From Burkholderiaceae bacterium (GTDB taxonomy: Bacteria > Pseudomonadota > Gammaproteobacteria > Burkholderiales > Burkholderiaceae_B): a DNA stretch of 62,662 bases. A program made the position numbers and the translations under genes. The notes below the pieces were generated by a model. It ran no database searches. It was not told the origin of the DNA and saw only the letters and a list, made by a program, of their open reading frames with translations. The number at the start of each line of letters is the position of its first letter. Within the stretch, counting starts at the first letter, position 1. The DNA lies in the NCBI GenBank assembly GCA_044376975.1, contig JBILJY010000001.1, positions 1 through 62,662 on the forward strand, given 5' to 3'. Of this stretch, positions 10,361 to 19,493 are shown piece after piece.

Positions 10361-11661
10361 CAGGCACCACTCCCCCAGGTATCGCGTGCAATCGCGTTAT
10401 ACCAAGCCACACCGTGCAGTGCTTCTAGCTTGCGCACTGTATCGCTCGCCTCTCTTGGACTCACGCCACCAGAGCCCTTAACTTCGACGATTTTTCCATC
10501 CGCGACTTGGTACACCCCCGCAACCGAGATACCATAGTCCGGTGCAACCAGACTGTAGCAAGTGTTCGACCACGAGGCAGCGGCAGCAGGCTTACCAGCC
10601 AAGGCATTGACAATTGCCGCTGCGGCAACTTTACCTTGCGCGTTCGCACAAAAGCCGGACTTGGGCATGGGTGCAGCAATGGTTGCATCACCAACCACAT
10701 AAATATCTTTGACTTGCGTGGATTCAAAGGTGTCAGGCTTGACTGGTACCCAACCGCTCTTGTTGGAAACACCAGCACGTTCAGCAATCAAGCCTGCCTT
10801 TTGCGGCGGAATCACATTCAAGACTGCTGCCTTGTGGATCTTGCCGAAATCTGTTTCAACGGACAAGTTTTTAGCGTCAACACGAATTACATTGCCGTCC
10901 TTATTCGCTGGTACCCACTCAATCATGTCGCCATAAAAACGCTTCCAGCCATCAAGGAACAGACCTTGTTTTGAAAACGCATCTTTGGCATCGAGCACCA
11001 GAATCTTGGACTTCGGCTTTTGTGTTTTGAAATAATGCGCCACCATACTGATGCGCTCGTACGGTCCGGGTGGACAGCGGTAGGGATTAGCGGGGGCCAC
11101 CATCACAAACGTGCCACCGTCGGGCATCGCATCGAGCTGCTTTTTTAACAAGGTGGTTTGTGCACCCGCCTTCCACGCGTGTGGTGCTAATAAAGAAGCG
11201 GCTTCGTCGTACCCTTCAAGCTTATTCCACAGGAAGTCGATGCCGGGAGATAGCACCAGCTTGTCGTAGGCAAGCGTTTGACCACCAGCGAGCTTAAGCG
11301 TCTTCGCAGCCCCATCCGCACTTTGTGCGAAATCCTGGAGGACCTTCACACCCATACTGCGTAGCTCATCAAAGCTATGACCTTGCGCCTCAAAGGTTCG
11401 CAACCCACCCAAATACAGATTCGTAAACGGGCAGGTGTAAAACTTTTGCGCTGGCTCTACTAAGGTGACATCAATGAGAGGATTACGTTGTTTGATATAT
11501 TTTGCTGCGGTTGCGCCACCAAAGCCTCCACCGATGACGACGACGCGCCCTGCAGACTGCTGAGAAAAGACAGGAGCACTGATGGTCCAACCTGCAGCGA
11601 GTGCCGCCTGTCCTGCTGTGGCCAACCAACGTCGGCGAGAAAACTTAGGTACGGTGTTCAT
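10360..11661 (-). CDS. fccB: Flavocytochrome c sulfide dehydrogenase, flavoprotein subunit
   Basis: Tat signal SRRRWL, GGGFGG, TCPFTN, RCPPGPYER, PKSG, NTCYS. Confidence 0.93.
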   Translation of the reverse strand: MNTVPKFSRRRWLATAGQAALAAGWTISAPVFSQQSAGRVVVIGGGFGGATAAKYIKQRNPLIDVTLVEPAQKFYTCPFTNLYLGGLRTFEAQGHSFDELRSMGVKVLQDFAQSADGAAKTLKLAGGQTLAYDKLVLSPGIDFLWNKLEGYDEAASLLAPHAWKAGAQTTLLKKQLDAMPDGGTFVMVAPANPYRCPPGPYERISMVAHYFKTQKPKSKILVLDAKDAFSKQGLFLDGWKRFYGDMIEWVPANKDGNVIRVDAKNLSVETDFGKIHKAAVLNVIPPQKAGLIAERAGVSNKSGWVPVKPDTFESTQVKDIYVVGDATIAAPMPKSGFCANAQGKVAAAAIVNALAGKPAAAASWSNTCYSLVAPDYGISVAGVYQVADGKIVEVKGSGGVSPREASDTVRKLEALHGVAWYNAIARDTWGSGA

Positions 11662-12038
11662 TATTTTTTGACTCCTGCAGGCACGATGCCCTTAGCATCG
11701 AGCTTAGAAAAGTATGCCGCAAGCGCCGCGATTTCATCATCGCTGTAGCCCTTGGCAAGACGATTCATGATGGTGGTTCCAGCGGGAGCCTGATCAGACT
11801 TGTAGGCAAGCAATTGCGCTTTTAGAACCGCCTCAGGTTTACCGGCAATGACTGGGATACTTGTCGCTAGCTTAGGATCAGAGACGTGGCAGTTCAGGCA
11901 GGTACCCGCCAAAAGCGATACATCGAGCACCCCTTGCGCGCGCGCTCCATGCCAAGGCGCCGCAGCCATCAGCGCAGCGGACGCAAGACCGGCCAAGCAA
12001 ACTAAGTTATTTTTTAATAACGCGTGGAAAGAAAACAT
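11661..12038 (-). CDS. fccA: Monoheme cytochrome c subunit of FCSD (FccA-like)
   Basis: Signal peptide, single CLNCH, TIMNRLAKGY (axial Met); stop overlaps the fccB start. Confidence 0.85.
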   Translation of the reverse strand: MFSFHALLKNNLVCLAGLASAALMAAAPWHGARAQGVLDVSLLAGTCLNCHVSDPKLATSIPVIAGKPEAVLKAQLLAYKSDQAPAGTTIMNRLAKGYSDDEIAALAAYFSKLDAKGIVPAGVKK

Positions 12039-12154
12039 ATCCGCCTGTGGGCTCCAAAGACATCAAACTGAACAAGGTTAATAGCTCAGCATCATATCGA
12101 AGAAGCATTGAAGAACAAAAGACGGATTTATTTTTTTTATATTACGCAAGCTTA

Positions 12155-12817
12155 TTAAGAAGGAATCCAAGAGGCCTCTTTCGCGAGCCGCACCAGTCCT
12201 CGCCAAGTTTGGGTCTCTCGGCTGATTGCAGGCCAAAGTCTGAGTAACAACTCTGCCGTGGCAAAAGCATCAGAGGCCGCTTGATGACGAACTGCGCACT
12301 CAATATTGAAATGCGTTAACCAGTCATCTAAAGCCTTAGCGTGCGCATTACCGCCAAACATGCGTGCCAGTGGTGCGATATCAAGCCACTGAACGTTTAA
12401 AGCTTCTAAGTGATAGGAGCGGTAGGCGCGGCGAATCATCCCTGCATCAAAGGCCGCGTGATAAGCCAACAGAGGAGAGGTGCCCACCCAATGACGAAAG
12501 TTCTCTAGCGCGGCCGCAGGCGCCTCCCCTTGCGTTTGCGCCTCTGCCCCAATGTGGTGAATCAAAATATTGTCTTTTGCCGACGGCTGAGCCTGTCGTA
12601 ACACGACTTCGAAACTGTCGCCGATGACGACCTGCAACGCTTTAGTCTTCGGATCTTGGCGCAAGGCAACCGCTGCGATCGCTAACAGCCGATCGCTTGC
12701 GGGATTCAGACCTGTGGTCTCTACATCAACCATGATCCATCGATCGGACACAGAAGCGTCTCGATCCATAGAAATACCGAACAAGCTCTTGAGGGGACGC
12801 AGCAGGCTATCGCGCAT
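12155..12817 (-). CDS. DEDDh 3'-5' exonuclease-family protein (DUF294 partner)
   Basis: DVETTG, YHAAFD and HQAASDA motifs; overlaps the DUF294 gene. Confidence 0.85.
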   Translation of the reverse strand: MRDSLLRPLKSLFGISMDRDASVSDRWIMVDVETTGLNPASDRLLAIAAVALRQDPKTKALQVVIGDSFEVVLRQAQPSAKDNILIHHIGAEAQTQGEAPAAALENFRHWVGTSPLLAYHAAFDAGMIRRAYRSYHLEALNVQWLDIAPLARMFGGNAHAKALDDWLTHFNIECAVRHQAASDAFATAELLLRLWPAISRETQTWRGLVRLAKEASWIPS

Positions 12818-14687
12818 AGTCCAGCTCCAAGCGTTGTTGCAAAGAGCGAATTCTGGCCATCGACTCTTTCAAAATACTGCGATCAACCGCGTTCAGGCCA
12901 TCGATATCTAGAGCGTTTGGATTACTCTCGATCGCATCGCCATCAATTTGTATCGCCAAGCGCATGGTCTGCAAAAACTGAAATGCAGCGATCCAGGCAT
13001 CCGTTTCGGTTTGCGCCAAACCGAGGCCGCGTCCTATCGCGGCCAAGCGATCCTGCGTATTCAGTTCTTCGATACCCAAAGCTAAGGCATAGACGCGTGC
13101 CGTTTCAACGACAATCGCCGTGCCTTGTAGTTTTAAGTCGATAACCGATCTACCGCCTAATTTCTTTGTTTCTAACCCCCCCAACCAGTTAAGGGGCACC
13201 TGATTCACTAGCGCTGCATCGGCCAGTAGCTTGATAAAGCGCGGCGTACGTGCAGCTGTGGTTTTGACCTCGTCCCTCAGACCTTTGAGTAAATCGACAT
13301 TGCCCGCCAAGCCTCGACAGTCAAAAAATATACCGGCATTAAGTAGGTCCTCGGGATGACCATGTTCGATCCAGTGCATGAACCGTTTTTTCCACTCAGC
13401 GATGGTCAGACATAACGACGGGTTGCTGGCCATGATGTTGCCTTTGCAGAGCGGATAGCCGCAAGTATCCAGCGCTATATTCACCTCACGAGCAAAAGCC
13501 AAGTAACGATTTTTTTCCTCAGGAGCACCCGTCGGTTGATACATCAAGGCATTGTCTTGATCTGTCGCGATCGTTTGCTCGCTACGTCCCTCGGAACCAA
13601 GTGCAATCCAAACAAATAAATGCAGCTCCAGTCCATGCGACTTCGCAAGCAAGGTGATCAGACGCGCGGTCAACACATCATTTAGATGACTGACAAGAAA
13701 AGTCAGCTGCCTTGCGCTCACACCCTGCCCCAATAAATTGCGTGCAAATCTACGGATATTTGTCGCGCACTCCTTGAGCCCATCTACATCATCCGCCTGG
13801 CGGATCAGCGAACAGATCGTTCCCAGTGACTGCCGCTGTAAAGAAAACAAATCTCGTTCTGAAATCAAGCCCACGACACGCTCTCGCAGATCGACAATAG
13901 GCACGTGACGAATCTCATACCGCGACATTAGCACTGCTGCCGATTCGGCCGTGTGATCAACCGTGAGCGTCTTGACCCCCTTCGTCATGACTTCACTTAT
14001 TGGTGTGTCCAAACTAATGCCTGCCAACGTCACGCGTTCAAGCACGTCATACCGGGTGAGAATTCCCAACAGCGCACCACTGTCTGAAACGACCAACATC
14101 GATCCGATGCGCTTTTCATACATAACGGTCAAGGCTTCGCGCAGAGGTGTTTGCTCAAGCGTTGTCAAAGGCGCCCGACGAATTAAGTCGCCCAGACGAG
14201 TCTCTAACGACTGCTCTAGCAATGCTTTAGACGCAAAATTATTTCGCAGCGCCTGGCGTGACTGCTCTAACAACATCCACACGCGGTTATTAATGAAATC
14301 ACGAAAGGGTTTAGAGCGCCCGACAAGCGCCTGCATGGCAGCCGCGGGAAGCGTCAAACAAAAACAATCACCGGTTGCTGTGTAGGTTGCAGCAACAGGG
14401 CGGGCGGCCAAGCTCGCACTAACAGAAAACAGCTCTCCCGCCTCAAGCTCAAACGCAGCTTCGGTCAGACCCGGCGAGGTGCGTTTGCCAGAGACCCGGC
14501 CTTGCCGAATTAGATAAAGAAATGCGGGCGGACCATCTGCGGGCGAGAGGATGACCTCAGTGGGTGCGTAATAGACTTCACAAGACGACTCAATAAAAAA
14601 ATCCACCTCAGACGGTGCCATTTCTGAAAATGGCAAGCGCTGCATAATTTGTTGTCGTAGGTTTTGGATCAAACTCGAAGAAATCAT
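12807..14687 (-). CDS. cNMP-binding/CBS/DUF294 putative nucleotidyltransferase
   Basis: N-terminal cNMP-like domain, CBS pair, GSEGRSEQ..TDQDNAL nucleotidyltransferase motif, CKGNIMASNP, IDLK. Confidence 0.9.
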   Translation of the reverse strand: MISSSLIQNLRQQIMQRLPFSEMAPSEVDFFIESSCEVYYAPTEVILSPADGPPAFLYLIRQGRVSGKRTSPGLTEAAFELEAGELFSVSASLAARPVAATYTATGDCFCLTLPAAAMQALVGRSKPFRDFINNRVWMLLEQSRQALRNNFASKALLEQSLETRLGDLIRRAPLTTLEQTPLREALTVMYEKRIGSMLVVSDSGALLGILTRYDVLERVTLAGISLDTPISEVMTKGVKTLTVDHTAESAAVLMSRYEIRHVPIVDLRERVVGLISERDLFSLQRQSLGTICSLIRQADDVDGLKECATNIRRFARNLLGQGVSARQLTFLVSHLNDVLTARLITLLAKSHGLELHLFVWIALGSEGRSEQTIATDQDNALMYQPTGAPEEKNRYLAFAREVNIALDTCGYPLCKGNIMASNPSLCLTIAEWKKRFMHWIEHGHPEDLLNAGIFFDCRGLAGNVDLLKGLRDEVKTTAARTPRFIKLLADAALVNQVPLNWLGGLETKKLGGRSVIDLKLQGTAIVVETARVYALALGIEELNTQDRLAAIGRGLGLAQTETDAWIAAFQFLQTMRLAIQIDGDAIESNPNALDIDGLNAVDRSILKESMARIRSLQQRLELDYAR

Positions 14688-14753
14688 GGCACTTCTCCCG
14701 CAGACTAGAGTCCTTGCGTTGCTTCATCCCATTATGAACCTCAACATTGACTC

Positions 14754-14783
14754 TGGTAAGCCCTAGTATCGGGTTAACACTAG
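14754..14783. promoter_or_regulatory. Tandem GGGTWAACACTAG-like sites (putative TF site)
   Basis: TGGTAAGCCCTAG followed by GGGTTAACACTAG; a near-identical copy lies at 22389-22401. Confidence 0.45.
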
Positions 14784-14918
14784 TGTGAGATCGGTTGTGT
14801 TCTATCAGCCCAAGCAGTCTAATAGCGCGAGAGCAAACGACTTGCGACGTGTCATCTTAATGACCTCCAAGACAAGTTGTTGCGCCGCAGCATTCTATCC
14901 ATCCCACGGAGACACAAT

Positions 14919-16040
14919 ATGTCTGTCATTGCATCGCGCCGTAAATTTTTCTCGACTGCCGCAGCCGCAGGTACCGCAACAGCTCTAGGCGTGCCTATGG
15001 TTGCCAAGGCTCAAAATGCCCCCATTACTTTGCGCTTTCAGAGCACTTGGCCTGCAGTGGACATCTTCCACGAGTATGCCTTGGATTACGCAAAGAAAGT
15101 CAATGAAATGGCTGACGGCCAACTCAAGATTGACGTTCTGCCTGCGGGCGCTGTTGTTAAAGCCTTTGACCTGCTAGACGCCGTGTCAGCCGGAACGCTT
15201 GATGGCGGCCATGGCGTACTGGCTTACTGGTACGGCAAGAACACTGCTGTTGCTTTGTGGGGCTCGGGTCCTTCGTTCGGTATGGATGCGAACATGCTGT
15301 TGGCCTGGCACGAGTACGGTGGTGGCAAAGCTCTGCTCACAGAAATTCAAAAAGCAATGGGCGTCAACGTTGTGTCACTCGTTTACGGTCCAATGCCTAC
15401 TCAACCTTTCGGCTGGTTCAAGAAGCCCATCACAAAGGTTGAGGAGATGAAAGGCGTGAAGTTCCGCACGGTCGGACTCGCGATCGACATGTACACCGCG
15501 ATGGGTGCCGCTGTTAACGCGCTACCCGGCGGCGAAATCGTCCCCGCGTTGGACAAAGGCCTCTTGGACGGTGCAGAATTTAACAATGCCTCGTCTGATC
15601 TACTGCTAGGCTTTGCCGACGTATCCAAGGTCTGCATGCTACAGAGTTTCCACCAGAGCGCCGAGCAATTCGAGATTGTGTTCAACAAGGCGAAATACGA
15701 TGCTCTGCCCAAGCACCTCAAGAGTGTGTTGGCCGTTGCCTCGCAAGCCGCGAGCGCAGACATGTCGTGGAAAGCAATCGATCGTTACTCCACTGACTAC
15801 CTGAAGTTGCAAAAAGATCGTAGCGTCAAGTTCTACAAAACTCCTGACGCTATTCTCCAGCGCCAGCTGCAGATTTGGGACGAGATGATTGCAAAGCGTT
15901 CCGCTGAAAACCCATTGTTCAAAAAAGTACTGGACTCTCAGCGTGCGTTTGCCGAGCGAGCAGGCCGTTGGGCTGGCGACACAAACGTCAACTTCCGTAT
16001 GGCTTACAACCATTACTTTGCACCAAAGAAAGCAGGCTAA
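14919..16040 (+). CDS. dctP: TRAP substrate-binding protein, TakP-like, Tat-exported
   Basis: SRRKFF Tat motif, QSTWP, YWYGK, GWFKK, KFR, LPGGEI; GGAGA RBS. Confidence 0.9.
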   Translation: MSVIASRRKFFSTAAAAGTATALGVPMVAKAQNAPITLRFQSTWPAVDIFHEYALDYAKKVNEMADGQLKIDVLPAGAVVKAFDLLDAVSAGTLDGGHGVLAYWYGKNTAVALWGSGPSFGMDANMLLAWHEYGGGKALLTEIQKAMGVNVVSLVYGPMPTQPFGWFKKPITKVEEMKGVKFRTVGLAIDMYTAMGAAVNALPGGEIVPALDKGLLDGAEFNNASSDLLLGFADVSKVCMLQSFHQSAEQFEIVFNKAKYDALPKHLKSVLAVASQAASADMSWKAIDRYSTDYLKLQKDRSVKFYKTPDAILQRQLQIWDEMIAKRSAENPLFKKVLDSQRAFAERAGRWAGDTNVNFRMAYNHYFAPKKAG

Positions 16041-16059
16041 TCAGCTTGCTCTTGTAGCA

Positions 16060-16103
16060 AAAAATCGGGTGGCTACTGTAGATGAAGTAGCCACCCGATT
16101 TTT
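16060..16103 (+). terminator. Perfect 18-bp stem-loop (terminator or mRNA stabiliser) after the SBP gene
   Basis: AAAAATCGGGTGGCTACT-N8-AGTAGCCACCCGATTTTT. Confidence 0.8.
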
Positions 16104-16144
16104 ATAAGCGGTATGAACCGCTGTGTACCACTGTAGGTAAGATC

Positions 16145-16768
16145 ATGAACAAATGGCTCTGGCGCATCGACGCAACCTCAACCTTTGTCGGCAAGGCCTT
16201 TGCGTGGCTCATTGTCGCCCTGACGTTGCATGTATCGTGGGAGGTCTTCGCGCGTTACTTGTTTAATCGCCCCAGCGCCTGGGCCTTTGATCTGCAATTG
16301 ATGTATTACGGCATCATGTTCATGATGGCGGGTGCCTATACGCTTGCAAAAAATGGGCATGTTCGAGGCGATATTCTGTATGGTTTTCTGCCTCCCCGTG
16401 CGCAAGCTAGTCTGGACTTGGTGTTGTACATTTTATTTTTCATTCCTGGTGTGGCGGCCTTAGTTTGGGCGGGCTGGACTTACGCCGCAGAATCGATCGC
16501 CATCAGAGAGCACTCCTCGCTTATGGCGGATGGTCCGCCAATTTACCCCTTTAAAGCTTTCATCCCTATCGCTGGATTCTTTCTTCTGATCCAAGGCTTC
16601 GCTGAAATCGCTCGTTGCGGCATGTGCATTCGCTCAGGCGAGTGGCCCGAGCGCGAAGCCGACGTACAAGAGGTGGACGTCGAGAAACTAAAGGAAATGG
16701 TTCACGTCAAAGACGAGGATATTGCACAGGCAGACCGCTATGTTGTCGCGCAGGAGCAGCAAAAATGA
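16145..16768 (+). CDS. dctQ: TRAP small permease
   Basis: EVFARYLFN.P and HVRGDI motifs; 4 TM segments. Confidence 0.9.
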   Translation: MNKWLWRIDATSTFVGKAFAWLIVALTLHVSWEVFARYLFNRPSAWAFDLQLMYYGIMFMMAGAYTLAKNGHVRGDILYGFLPPRAQASLDLVLYILFFIPGVAALVWAGWTYAAESIAIREHSSLMADGPPIYPFKAFIPIAGFFLLIQGFAEIARCGMCIRSGEWPEREADVQEVDVEKLKEMVHVKDEDIAQADRYVVAQEQQK

Positions 16769-18678
16769 AATTACCCAAGGCAATATGGTTCGGTTTTGCA
16801 TGTATAGGCATCGTCATCGCGATGATCGCCTTCCTAACACCTTGGGGTGCGTTAAAGACAGGCCATATCGGTCTGATTATGCTTGCGCTAATCGTGGTGA
16901 TGATCATGCTTGGCTTTCCTACAGCGTTCACATTGATGGGCATGGGTGTCATCTTCACCTTCCTTGCCTACTTTATGCAGACACCAGACTTAGCAGGACG
17001 TGCGGTTGGACAAACGCTCAACCTCATGGTGCAGCGCACGTACGCGACAATGATGAACGACGCTTTAATCTCTATCCCTTTATTCGTTTTTATGGGCTAC
17101 TTGGTTGAACGTGCAAACCTGATTGAAAAGCTCTTTCAATCGCTGCACCTTGCCCTCGCAAGGCTACCGGGTTCACTTGCGATCGCGACGCTCGCTACCT
17201 GCGCCATTTTTGCTACCGCAACTGGCATCGTTGGGGCCGTGGTCACGCTGATGGGCTTGCTCGCCATGCCAGCAATGCTTAAGGCAGGCTACAGCGTGCG
17301 CCTTACCGCGGGCGTCATCACCGCAGGTGGTTGCTTAGGGATCCTGATTCCGCCTTCAGTGCTCTTGATTGTTTACGGTGCCACAACGGGAACGTCAGTT
17401 GTTCAACTCTACGCGGGCGCGCTTTTCCCAGGTATCGGCTTAGCCTTGCTCTATGCAATCTATGTGATGATTGTGGCAAAGATTTGGCCAGAAATGGCAC
17501 CACCACTTCCAGAGAAAGACCGCATTATCCCCTTGCCGGCTGGTTCAAAGTCGCTTCAAGCCCAAGGGTTCAAATTAGCAGCGCCTGGCTTGTTATCGAA
17601 CTTTTTCAAGAGTAAGCGCGATCCAGCTGTCTCGCGTCAATACATGAATCGCAACGTTGTTTTAGTCATGTTGCCGCTCCTCATTACCGTATTGCTCACA
17701 TTGATCATTTATCGGGTAGTGACAACACCAGAGGTGATATACGACATTCCCGCTGAGCTTAGCCTCTCGAACAACACGACGACAGACTCCGGAGGCGGGC
17801 TCGCTGAGCCACCATCAGAATCGGCCCCTGAGCCTCTGGGTTCAGCAAAACTTGCACCCGCAGCACCCGCTGCGCCAGCAGCGGATGCCGTCGCAAAGGA
17901 GCCTCCAAAACAGCTCGATCGTCTGAGTGCACCAAATGGCTTCTGGATATATGTTGCCATCGCCGCGTTAATTTTGACAATTTTTTACGTCACGCTTACC
18001 TGGGCCAGACTTGAGGTTTTTCGCTTGCTGGCCCAATCATTTTTCCCACTTGTGATTTTGATTGCGGCCGTTCTGGGATCAATTGGCTTTGGTCTCGCGA
18101 CGCCGAGCGAAGCTGCGGCGATGGGTGCCCTTGGCGGTGCGCTGCTGGCGCTAGCTTATCGACGGCTCACCTTCCCCGTCATCAAGGAGTCTGTGTTCCT
18201 TACCGCCAAGACGAGCGCGATGGTGTGTTGGCTGTTTGTCGGGTCATCGATTTTTTCCGCTGCCTTTGCGCTGCTCGGTGGCCAACAAGTCATTGAGAAG
18301 TGGGTGCTATCGCTCGGGCTAACCCCCGTCGAATTCATGCTGCTGGCACAGATCATCATTTTCTTGCTAGGCTGGCCTCTCGAGTGGACAGAGATCATCG
18401 TGATCTTCATGCCAATCTTTGTGCCGCTGCTCTCACAGTTTGGGATTGACCCCCTGTTCTTTGGGTTACTCGTGGCCTTGAACTTACAAACAGCCTTCCT
18501 ATCGCCCCCGGTCGCGATGGCTGCGTTCTATCTCAAAGGGGTTTCCCCTCCTCACGTCACGCTTAACCAGATTTTCATTGGCATGCTGCCGTTCATGGGC
18601 ATACAAATCCTTGCGATCTTCTTGCTCTACATGTTCCCAGCAATTGGGCTCTGGTTACCCAGCGTTCTCTACAAGTAG
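16765..18678 (+). CDS. dctM: TRAP large permease with internal insertion
   Basis: IPLFVFMG, GCLGILIPPS, TPSEAAA, AFLSPP; ATG 16765 overlaps the dctQ stop. Confidence 0.9.
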   Translation: MKLPKAIWFGFACIGIVIAMIAFLTPWGALKTGHIGLIMLALIVVMIMLGFPTAFTLMGMGVIFTFLAYFMQTPDLAGRAVGQTLNLMVQRTYATMMNDALISIPLFVFMGYLVERANLIEKLFQSLHLALARLPGSLAIATLATCAIFATATGIVGAVVTLMGLLAMPAMLKAGYSVRLTAGVITAGGCLGILIPPSVLLIVYGATTGTSVVQLYAGALFPGIGLALLYAIYVMIVAKIWPEMAPPLPEKDRIIPLPAGSKSLQAQGFKLAAPGLLSNFFKSKRDPAVSRQYMNRNVVLVMLPLLITVLLTLIIYRVVTTPEVIYDIPAELSLSNNTTTDSGGGLAEPPSESAPEPLGSAKLAPAAPAAPAADAVAKEPPKQLDRLSAPNGFWIYVAIAALILTIFYVTLTWARLEVFRLLAQSFFPLVILIAAVLGSIGFGLATPSEAAAMGALGGALLALAYRRLTFPVIKESVFLTAKTSAMVCWLFVGSSIFSAAFALLGGQQVIEKWVLSLGLTPVEFMLLAQIIIFLLGWPLEWTEIIVIFMPIFVPLLSQFGIDPLFFGLLVALNLQTAFLSPPVAMAAFYLKGVSPPHVTLNQIFIGMLPFMGIQILAIFLLYMFPAIGLWLPSVLYK

Positions 18679-18684
18679 CAACGT

Positions 18685-19482
18685 ATGCTCAAAACACTTG
18701 AAGTCGCTTATGGCCCCGGTACCGCTGTTGTTTGGCTTAACCGGGTAGAAAAGCAAAATGCCATCAATGCGCTCATGGCGAATGAGCTCATTGAGGTGTT
18801 CGAGGGATTAGCAGACGATCCGGACGTTAATGCGATCGTTCTCGCATCCAAAGCGACTGCCTTTTGTTCCGGTGTGGATTTGGAATGGTTGCATCACGCA
18901 TCGCAATCAGACGAAGCCCAACAACACGACGCGCTATCCTTAATTGAGCGTTTGCTCCAGACGGTCCACGCGTCTGCCAAGCCGGTTGTCGCCCGCGTCA
19001 ATGGCGAATGCGTCGGTCTTGGTGCGACGTTGGTCGCTTGCGCGGATGTTGCATTTGGGAGTCGCACTTCGACATTTTCGTATGCCGAAACAAGAATGGG
19101 GCTTGTTCCCACCTTATCAGCCCCTTACCTTATTCGGGCGATCGGTCAGCGCGCAGCGACGCGCTGGCTGCTTGCCGGGGAAACGTTCACCGCCTCTGAG
19201 GCGTGGCGCCAAGGTCTGTTACACGACGTATCCGAGGACTACGATTTAGACGGGAATGTGAATGCATTTCTTGGCTCGATGACACTTACGCAAGCACCTT
19301 GCGTTCAGCAAACGAAAAAAACGATCCAAAGTCTCGACATAGCAGAACAACAGTCCGCTGCGAAAGAGTTGCTCGTGCTGTCTTTGAGTGCGCAGCGTAG
19401 CGAGCCTGGTCTGGAAGGAATGGCAGCGTTCCTAGAGAAACGCTTACCATCCTGGGCTCCGCCGCGAGATATAGAGTCCTAG
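18685..19482 (+). CDS. Enoyl-CoA hydratase/isomerase (methylglutaconyl-CoA hydratase-like)
   Basis: LNR.EKQNA, FCSGVDL, ETRMGLVP and EGMAAFLEKR.P.W motifs. Confidence 0.8.
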   Translation: MLKTLEVAYGPGTAVVWLNRVEKQNAINALMANELIEVFEGLADDPDVNAIVLASKATAFCSGVDLEWLHHASQSDEAQQHDALSLIERLLQTVHASAKPVVARVNGECVGLGATLVACADVAFGSRTSTFSYAETRMGLVPTLSAPYLIRAIGQRAATRWLLAGETFTASEAWRQGLLHDVSEDYDLDGNVNAFLGSMTLTQAPCVQQTKKTIQSLDIAEQQSAAKELLVLSLSAQRSEPGLEGMAAFLEKRLPSWAPPRDIES

Positions 19483-19493
19483 AGTCCTAGAGT
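19472..19493. repeat. 8-bp tandem repeat (TAGAGTCC x2.75) at a convergent stop junction
   Basis: tagagtcc tagagtcc tagagt; contains both genes' stop codons. Confidence 0.7.

Noticed and set aside
12155-12817. dnaQ (DNA polymerase III epsilon)
   Set aside because: Coupled to DUF294 and lacks a DnaQ-like C-terminal tail; treated as the DUF294 partner nuclease.
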